A stretch of 64,000 nt of DNA from Collinsella sp. GTDB lineage: Bacteria > Actinomycetota > Coriobacteriia > Coriobacteriales > Coriobacteriaceae. Position 1 is the stretch's first letter. Every line of letters starts with the position of its first letter. Position numbers and translations under genes: made by a program. The stretch is taken from contig JAXJNG010000023.1 in NCBI GenBank assembly GCA_036312785.1, positions 5,680 through 69,679 of the forward strand, written 5' to 3'. Below, piece after piece: positions 57,566-64,000 of this stretch. The notes beneath the pieces were generated by a model that made no database searches, was not told the DNA's origin, and was given only the letters and a program-made list of their open reading frames with translations.

Positions 57566-58729
57566 ATGCGCAAGATTAAGACCATCGACGACATCACCAA
57601 AGACGGCAAAGTCGAGTTTGGCGAGGGCTACGAATTTGTAAGCACCGCCGAAGAGGCCGACGCCATCCTGATGCGCTCGACCGACCTGCACGGCTACGAG
57701 CTGCCCGAGGGCATCCGTGCCATCGCCCGTTGCGGCGCCGGTGTCAACAACATCCCCGTCGAGGAGTACGCCAAGAAGGGCGTCGTCGTCTTTAACTCCC
57801 CCGGCGCCAACAGCAACGCCGTCAAGGAGCTCGTCCTAGGCATGCTGGTGCTCTCGAGCCGCGGCGTGGTGCAATCGATGAACTGGGTGCGCGACAACGC
57901 CGACGACCCCGAGATCCAGGTCGATGCCGAGAAAGCCAAGAAGGCCTTTGTGGGCCGCGAGCTCAAGGGCAAGCGCATCGGCGTCATAGGCCTGGGCAAC
58001 GTGGGCTCCAAGGTCGCCAACGCCTGCGTCGACCTGGGCATGGATGTCTACGGCTACGACCCGTTCATTTCCGTTGAGCACGCGTGGGTGCTGAGCCGCG
58101 AGGTGCAGCGCGTGGGCACGCTCGAAGATCTCTGCCGCGGCTGTGATTACCTCACGGTGCACGTGCCCAGCAAGGCCGACACCATCGGCATGATCAGCAC
58201 CGAGCAGATCAACCTGCTGGCCCCGGGCGCCGTGCTCATCAACTACGCGCGCGAGACCATTATTGACGAAGACGCCGTCGACGCCGCCCTGCGCGAGGGC
58301 AAACTGAGCTGGTTTAGCTGCGACTTCGCCACGCCCAAGACGGTCAAGATGCCCAATACGTTTATCACCACGCATTCGGGCGCCGGCACCGGTGAGGCTG
58401 AAGCCAACTGCGCAGACATGGCCATCAGCGAGCTCAAGGATTACCTGGAGAACGGCAACATCGCACATAGCGTCAACTATCCCACCTGCAGCATGGGCAA
58501 GGCGCGCGCCGCAAGCCGCATCGCCTGCCTGCACGCCAACGTGCCCAACATGATCGGCCAGATCACGGCCATTCTTGCCAAGGACAACGCCAACGTGCAG
58601 CGTATGACCAACGAGTCCGCTGGCGAGAACGCCTACACCATGTTCGACACCGACGAGCACCTGGACAGCAGCACCATCGAGGCGCTCAAGCAGATTCCGT
58701 CGATGTATCGCGTGCGCGTGATCAAGTAG
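57566..58729 (+). CDS. serA: D-3-phosphoglycerate dehydrogenase with ACT domain
   Basis: GAGVNNI, GANSNAV, GLGNVG and INYAR motifs; C-terminal HANVPNM ACT domain. Confidence 0.9.
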   Translation: MRKIKTIDDITKDGKVEFGEGYEFVSTAEEADAILMRSTDLHGYELPEGIRAIARCGAGVNNIPVEEYAKKGVVVFNSPGANSNAVKELVLGMLVLSSRGVVQSMNWVRDNADDPEIQVDAEKAKKAFVGRELKGKRIGVIGLGNVGSKVANACVDLGMDVYGYDPFISVEHAWVLSREVQRVGTLEDLCRGCDYLTVHVPSKADTIGMISTEQINLLAPGAVLINYARETIIDEDAVDAALREGKLSWFSCDFATPKTVKMPNTFITTHSGAGTGEAEANCADMAISELKDYLENGNIAHSVNYPTCSMGKARAASRIACLHANVPNMIGQITAILAKDNANVQRMTNESAGENAYTMFDTDEHLDSSTIEALKQIPSMYRVRVIK

Positions 58730-58906
58730 CGCCGACTGACTTGACGGGCAGCTCCCCATGTGGCCTGCCCGTCACTGACATTGAATGCCCGCGGGGGTGC
58801 CTTTCGCACGAGAGGCGCCCCCGTTTTTGTGAGCGCTCCATTAAGTGCACCGAGCCGCTTCTTGGCATACAATCTGTATGTTGACCTAACTATCTGTGAG
58901 GTGCCT

Positions 58907-60127
58907 ATGGTTGATACAGATTTTGCTTGGCGGCTTACGCAGGGGCTCGTGCGGATCGACAGTTCCGACCCAGGTGCGTATGAGGGCGAGATTGAACGCT
59001 ATATCAAAGTGTTGGTTGAGGCTCAATTGGAGCGGTTGAGTCATCCGGTGCTCCATGCCGTGCAGGTTGAGGAACTCGAGGTGCTGACCGGACGCCGCAA
59101 TCTCATGGTCACCGTGCCCGGTTTGAGCGACGAGCCACGGCTCGTCTACATCTGCCACATGGATACAGTCACCTTGGGCGACGGCTGGGACGCGGACATT
59201 ACGCCGCTCGGGGCGGTCGTGCGCGACGGCAAGCTCTACGGCCGCGGCGCCTGCGATATGAAGGGTGGCCTGGCCTGTGCCATTGCCGCACTGGTCCATA
59301 CGCTCGAGCGCGTGGCGGCGGATGGCGCGCTGCCCCGCCGCGGCTTTTCGCTCATCTGCTCGGTCGACGAGGAAGACTTTATGCGCGGCTCAGAGGCCAC
59401 GATCGATGCTGGCTGGGTCGGTTCGCGCGAATGGGTGCTGGACACCGAGCCCACCGACGGACAGATCCAGGTGGCGCACAAGGGGCGTACGTGGTTCGAG
59501 ATTGAAATGGATGGCGTGACGGCGCATGCAAGCCGGCCCTGGAAGGGCGCGGATGCCGTCGCCGCCATGGCCGAGGTCGTGTGTTCGCTCCGTCGCGCGT
59601 TTGTGGCGCTGCCCGCGCACGATGAGCTGGGGCCTTCGACCATCACGTTCGGCCAAATCGAGGGCGGATATCGCCCCTACGTCGTACCCGACCGCGCCAA
59701 AGTCTGGGTCGACATGCGCCTGACCCCGCCGACCGATACGGCCGCCGTAACGCGCATGGTAGAGCAGGCCATCGCCGTCGCCGAAGCCGCCATTCCCGGT
59801 TGCCACGGCAGCTACGTCGTGACGGGCGACCGCCCCGCCATCGAGCGCGACCCAAACTCTCCCCTTCTAGCAGCGCTCAAGCGTGCCGCCGATGACGTGA
59901 CGGACGCGGACACGACCGTTGGCTTCTTTACCGGCTACACCGACACCGCCGTCATTGCCGGCAAGACAGGTAACCGCAATTGCATGAGCTACGGTCCCGG
60001 GTCGCTCGCGCTCGCGCACAAGCCCAACGAATATGTGCCCCACGCCGATATCGTTCGTTGTCAGCAGGTGCTAATCGCGCTCGCCGATAACGTGCTCTGG
60101 GACGCGAGCGGCCAAGTTGGGGCATAA
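58907..60127 (+). CDS. M20 metallopeptidase (ArgE/DapE-like)
   Basis: CHMDTV, GRGACDMKGG, VDEE, EPT and AHKPNE motifs. Confidence 0.9.
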   Translation: MVDTDFAWRLTQGLVRIDSSDPGAYEGEIERYIKVLVEAQLERLSHPVLHAVQVEELEVLTGRRNLMVTVPGLSDEPRLVYICHMDTVTLGDGWDADITPLGAVVRDGKLYGRGACDMKGGLACAIAALVHTLERVAADGALPRRGFSLICSVDEEDFMRGSEATIDAGWVGSREWVLDTEPTDGQIQVAHKGRTWFEIEMDGVTAHASRPWKGADAVAAMAEVVCSLRRAFVALPAHDELGPSTITFGQIEGGYRPYVVPDRAKVWVDMRLTPPTDTAAVTRMVEQAIAVAEAAIPGCHGSYVVTGDRPAIERDPNSPLLAALKRAADDVTDADTTVGFFTGYTDTAVIAGKTGNRNCMSYGPGSLALAHKPNEYVPHADIVRCQQVLIALADNVLWDASGQVGA

Positions 60128-60166
60128 TAAGCCGCGAACAAACCGACTCGCGCGTTAGGACCGCCC

Positions 60167-60850
60167 ATGAAAGCACTTCCGTTTCCCTGCATCCGCCCGG
60201 CTCAGGACCGCGTGCTCGAGGCGCTGCCTGCAATGGGCAGCATCCTAAGCGGCAACGATGCCCTGCGCGGAGCCATTGCCGATGGTCTAATGCTCAAGGA
60301 CCCGGGTGCGGCGTATTACGTGTACGAATGCTCGGGCGAGCCGGGACGTGTGACGGGTGTCGTGGCGATCTGCCTGACGAGTGTACTTGCGGGCGGCAAG
60401 GGCGATGCCAGCGCCGACGTGGCCGCCGCCGCGCGCGCGATCGCCGAACTCAAAGTTCAGCCGCGCCCCGTGTCGCTCGCCTACGAGGCGTCGCCCGTCA
60501 TGGACATCATCCTGGGCGCTGCCAAAGAGGGCGCCTCGCTCTACGCCGTCACCGACCCCGCGGGCATTACGCACCGCGTGTGGGAGGTCAAGCGCGAGGA
60601 CGCTGTTGCCGCCATCCGTGCCATGCTCGACCAAGTACCAGAGCCGGCACTGGCCGACGACCCCGCCTACGCTGCCGCGCTGGCCGGGGCGTCGCAGCTG
60701 CTGGCCGATGAGGCCCGTGCCGCCGGAACGTACACCGGCAAGGAGCCGTTCAACTTTGCCGTAGCTGCGCTCTTCCCCGCCGCGCAGGTCAGCGGCGGCG
60801 CGGCGCAGGTTCCGACGGGTCTGCTCACGCACCAAGTCGCGCGGTTCTAG
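60167..60850 (+). CDS. Shortened DUF1015-like protein
   Basis: PFPCIRP, YYVY, PVSLAY, HRVW and C-terminal GLLTH resemble DUF1015; lies in the serC-serA context. Confidence 0.6.
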   Translation: MKALPFPCIRPAQDRVLEALPAMGSILSGNDALRGAIADGLMLKDPGAAYYVYECSGEPGRVTGVVAICLTSVLAGGKGDASADVAAAARAIAELKVQPRPVSLAYEASPVMDIILGAAKEGASLYAVTDPAGITHRVWEVKREDAVAAIRAMLDQVPEPALADDPAYAAALAGASQLLADEARAAGTYTGKEPFNFAVAALFPAAQVSGGAAQVPTGLLTHQVARF

Positions 60851-60893
60851 CAAGACCAGACCGTCCAGCACAAAAATCGGCAGCTCAACAAAC

Positions 60894-60936
60894 AGGGGGC
60901 GGAGATGCAGCAGGTACATGCATCTCCGCCCCTTTT
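60894..60936. terminator. Terminator between convergent genes
   Basis: GGGGCGGAGATGCA...TGCATCTCCGCCCC followed by TTTT. Confidence 0.75.
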
Positions 60937-60979
60937 GCGTCGAGAAGTTATGCCGGCGACCCGTGCCGCCACGCTCACG

Positions 60980-61615
60980 TTATCCCCGCTGCGGGCCTGC
61001 TGCCGCCACGAGCGGTTCAAGCCCCAGCTCGCGTGCGTAATCCTCCTGCGTAAAAATCTCAATCAGCTCAAACGTGTCGGATTCGTCGTCAAACGCAAAG
61101 TGCAGCACCGAGCAGTTGCCCGGAACGCGATCGCGTTCATCGGCCGCCGCGCCCTTGGTATGGTCCATGAACTCCTTGATGGCCGAGCCGTGGCTCACCG
61201 CGAGCACGCACTCGTGGTCCGGGCGACGCATAAGATCGGTCAACGTCGCCACCATGCGCTCGCGCACCTGCATCTGTCCCTCGCCGCCAAACTGGCGGTA
61301 GAAGTCGCGCCATGGGCGCTCGGGCATGAGCATCACGCGCTCGGCCTCAAAGTCACCAAAGAACCACTCACGCAGGCCGTCCAGGCGCTCGTACGCCAAG
61401 CCCGGCCACAAGTTGGCGATAGTCTGCTCGGTGCGATGAAGCGTGGAGGTGTAGGCATGATCGGGCTCAATGCCGCGCGCACGTAAAAACATGCCGGCGC
61501 GCGCCGCCTGGTCGCAGCCCAACTGCGTAAGCGGAGAGTCACTCCACCCCTGAATGATACGCTTGAGGTTGAATATCGTCTGTCCATGACGGACCAGATA
61601 CAGATCTTTATTCAT
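60980..61615 (-). CDS. Histidine phosphatase family protein
   Basis: LVRHGQT, QGWSDSPLT, LREWFFG and VSHG motifs. Confidence 0.9.
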   Translation of the reverse strand: MNKDLYLVRHGQTIFNLKRIIQGWSDSPLTQLGCDQAARAGMFLRARGIEPDHAYTSTLHRTEQTIANLWPGLAYERLDGLREWFFGDFEAERVMLMPERPWRDFYRQFGGEGQMQVRERMVATLTDLMRRPDHECVLAVSHGSAIKEFMDHTKGAAADERDRVPGNCSVLHFAFDDESDTFELIEIFTQEDYARELGLEPLVAAAGPQRG

Positions 61616-61632
61616 AGGGGTCCTTTCGTTCG

Positions 61633-62175
61633 TTACCAATCAAGGAGCGAAAACGCCCCGTCGCAATAGCCAAAATGAAGCACGGCGCCGTTGTCGGGTA
61701 GCTCCCCCTCGCCAGTCACATACTCAAGAAACTCCTGGCAGGCTGAGCCGTGGGAAACCGCCAGCACGCAGTCGTGCTGCGGCCTGGCCATGATGCGCGA
61801 CAGCGCCGCGACCATGCGCGACTGAAGCTCACTTTCCGACTCGCCACCAAAGGCAACCGGATAATCACCCCAGGGCTGCGGCGGCATCTCGCGATTTGAT
61901 GTGCCCTCCAGCGAGCCAAAATGCCACTCACGCAGGTCATCGACCAGCTCTATGGAACGGCCCTCGCCAACGATAAGCTCGGCCGTATGCCGCGCCCGGC
62001 CCAACGGCGAGGAATACACATGATCAAAGGCCACGCCACGCGCCGCAAACGCCGTACGCGCCGTCAGCGCCTGCTCGCGCCCGCGCGCCGTAAGCGACGA
62101 ATCGTGCCAGCCCTGCAAAATGCTCTGCACATTGAGCTCAGTCTGCCCATGCCGAACCAAATACAGATCTGCCAC
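61633..62175 (-). CDS. Histidine phosphatase family protein (tandem paralog)
   Basis: LVRHGQT, SSPLGRA, LREWHFG and VSHG motifs; GTG start. Confidence 0.88.
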   Translation of the reverse strand: MADLYLVRHGQTELNVQSILQGWHDSSLTARGREQALTARTAFAARGVAFDHVYSSPLGRARHTAELIVGEGRSIELVDDLREWHFGSLEGTSNREMPPQPWGDYPVAFGGESESELQSRMVAALSRIMARPQHDCVLAVSHGSACQEFLEYVTGEGELPDNGAVLHFGYCDGAFSLLDW

Positions 62176-62190
62176 ACACCCTCCCCTCGT

Positions 62191-62227
62191 ACCACCACAA
62201 AGGGGACAGGCACCTTTGTGGTGGTTT
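62191..62227 (+). repeat. REP-like palindrome family A
   Basis: ACCACCACAAAGGGGACAGGCACCTTTGTGGTGGTTT. Confidence 0.9.
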
Positions 62228-62257
62228 ACCGCTGGATCACACCGCGGTGACACTCAA

Positions 62258-62929
62258 CTACACCAGCACGTCGGCGAGCGAACGCTTGGGTACGTGGTGC
62301 ACCTGCGCCTCGTCGCGCCAATAATTGATGGAGCCGTCGGGGTTGGAATCGATCGCATCGATCACCTGTGTCTCGGCCGGAACGCCAAACGCCATGATCA
62401 GCTTGAGCTCATATTTGTCGTTATCGAGCCCCATGGCATCGATCGCGCGGGGCGTAAAGGCCTTGAACATACAGGCTGCCACCTCAGGCGTGGCGCTGCG
62501 GGCGGCGAGCATCATCGTCTGCGCGGCAATGCCCGTGTCGACCTCGGTAATGGGAGCGGCTGGCTTGCCCGGAACGGCGCGCTCAGCCAAAATCGCGATG
62601 TAGCCGGTCGGGCGCTCACCCTCGGCAGGACCCGGCCAATCCTTAAGCGCACCGGCCCATGCAAGCTCATCAAATACGCGCGCGCAATCCACGGCACCGC
62701 TCACCACATGAAAACGCAGACGCTGAGCATTGGCGCCGCAGGGAGTCAGGTGAGCCAGCTCTGCCAGCTCGAGCAAAAACTCACGCGGCACGCGCATGGA
62801 CTCGTCAAAACGGCGGCACGTACGGGCACGACGGACCAGCGCATCAAACGCTTCCAAGCCGAGCTTTTCGCAACCCTGCTCTGCCATCGATTCGACACTC
62901 GACGGCGCCTCGGGAACTGCTTCGTTCAT
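62258..62929 (-). CDS. Nitroreductase family protein
   Basis: RTCRRFD, PCGANAQ, WAGALKDWPGP, DTGIAAQ and HHVPKR motifs. Confidence 0.88.
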   Translation of the reverse strand: MNEAVPEAPSSVESMAEQGCEKLGLEAFDALVRRARTCRRFDESMRVPREFLLELAELAHLTPCGANAQRLRFHVVSGAVDCARVFDELAWAGALKDWPGPAEGERPTGYIAILAERAVPGKPAAPITEVDTGIAAQTMMLAARSATPEVAACMFKAFTPRAIDAMGLDNDKYELKLIMAFGVPAETQVIDAIDSNPDGSINYWRDEAQVHHVPKRSLADVLV

Positions 62930-63164
62930 AGGGACCCCCAATACAAGCCAATTGTCCTTAGGAAAATCTAACCTAAAACGTAGGCAATAACGAACAGGGC
63001 TGCAATGTTCTACACCTGTTGAATAGAAAATCGCAACGTGGGGAACAACGGAAACAATTCGGGGCCTTTGGGTTACGTTTCGCCCTCTCCGACCCATACG
63101 CCAGCGCCTTTAGGCGATACTGGTTGTAACGATCAAGGCTTACGCCGCACGGAAAGGAGACATT

Positions 63165-63767
63165 ATGGGCATCTTTAAGAACGATGACCAAAAATCGAGC
63201 CAGTTTGGATTTGACGAGAAAAGCATGGCGGGCAAAGCCGTCAAGGCCGTGCGCTGGATTTACGCCATCACGGGCGTCTTAGCGCTCATTGCTGGTATCG
63301 CGCTGCTTTTTGCACCCGCCAAGTCCCTCGTCTTTTTGACGACTGTCCTGGGTTTTTACTTTGTAATCACTGCTGCTATCAGGCTGTTCACTGCCATTTT
63401 TGAGCCGCTGCTGCCCACCGGCTGGCGCGTGACGAGTATCATCTCCAACCTACTCATTATCTTGGGCGGCGCCATAATCCTGCGCAACCAGGCCTTCTCG
63501 ACCGCGACGCTCACCACGATGGTGGTTATCGTGGCCGGCTTTGGCTGGATTGTCGAAGGTGTCATGTCCATTCTGGAGTCCGAGCTTTCGTCCAACCGCG
63601 CCCTCGCCATCCTGAGCGGCGCACTCTCCATCATCGCCGGCATGTTCGTGTTTATCTATCCGCTGTGGTCGGCCAAGATGCTCGTCATCTTTAGCGGCGC
63701 CGCACTGCTGGTGTTTGGCGTAACGCTGATTGTTCGTGCTATTCAATTTGGCAAACTGGTGCACTAG
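63165..63767 (+). CDS. HdeD/DUF308-type membrane protein
   Basis: Six hydrophobic helices with repeated G..LI.G pattern. Confidence 0.78.
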   Translation: MGIFKNDDQKSSQFGFDEKSMAGKAVKAVRWIYAITGVLALIAGIALLFAPAKSLVFLTTVLGFYFVITAAIRLFTAIFEPLLPTGWRVTSIISNLLIILGGAIILRNQAFSTATLTTMVVIVAGFGWIVEGVMSILESELSSNRALAILSGALSIIAGMFVFIYPLWSAKMLVIFSGAALLVFGVTLIVRAIQFGKLVH

Positions 63768-64000
63768 ATGCCACGAACGCTCTTTATTGATGCAGACGCC
63801 TGCCCGGTCACGCGCGAGTCGATTGACTGCGCGCGGCGGGCGGGCGTCGCCGTTGTTATCGCCGGCAACAGCACGCAAAACCTAGAACGGCACATTCGCC
63901 GCGACGACCCGCGCGATGCTGAGCACGCGCGACGCGGATTTTGGGTCACGACGCTCGATGTGAGCGTGGGCGCCGACAGCGCCGACTTTGCCATTGTCGA
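63768..64000 (+). CDS. YaiI/DUF188-family protein (partial, runs out of window)
   Basis: Not in the ORF track. Translation reads MPRTLFIDADACPV...GADSADFAI. Confidence 0.85.
   Translation, partial: MPRTLFIDADACPVTRESIDCARRAGVAVVIAGNSTQNLERHIRRDDPRDAEHARRGFWVTTLDVSVGADSADFAIV

Noticed and set aside
31835..62227. Family A palindromes as a CRISPR array
   Set aside because: Copies are dispersed hundreds to thousands of bp apart in both orientations, with no regular spacers and no cas genes.

Overview
GC-rich bacterial chromosome segment. Gene content and codon usage suggest a gut Coriobacteriia member such as Collinsella; this is an inference, not verified. Left to right it carries: four GT2 glycosyltransferases; a degenerate AAA-ATPase/PD-(D/E)XK protein; a sortase-anchored protein with a lysozyme-like domain; an MNT-HEPN toxin-antitoxin pair directly behind an IscR-like Rrf2 regulator; sufCBDSU; a RAYT/Y1-transposase homolog with substituted catalytic residues; a NifU-like plus GGGtGRT pair; dinD beside a tRNA His-Lys-Lys cluster with a tRNA-3'-end repeat; rho; argS; carD; an IS1249-type element; proA/pip/proB; pncB; tRNA-Ala; a probable 6S RNA; wecA-like; trpS; pckA; lactate permease; a flippase; serC-serA and others. 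The most unusual signal is intergenic. About 20 short palindromes have arms of unrelated sequence but share one geometry: arm, 2 nt, (G/T)GGGAC, 9 nt, inverted arm. A second class of 120-155 bp inverted-arm elements is centred on an ACCTGCGG motif. All calls come from reading the sequence and ORF track by eye; no database searches were run.
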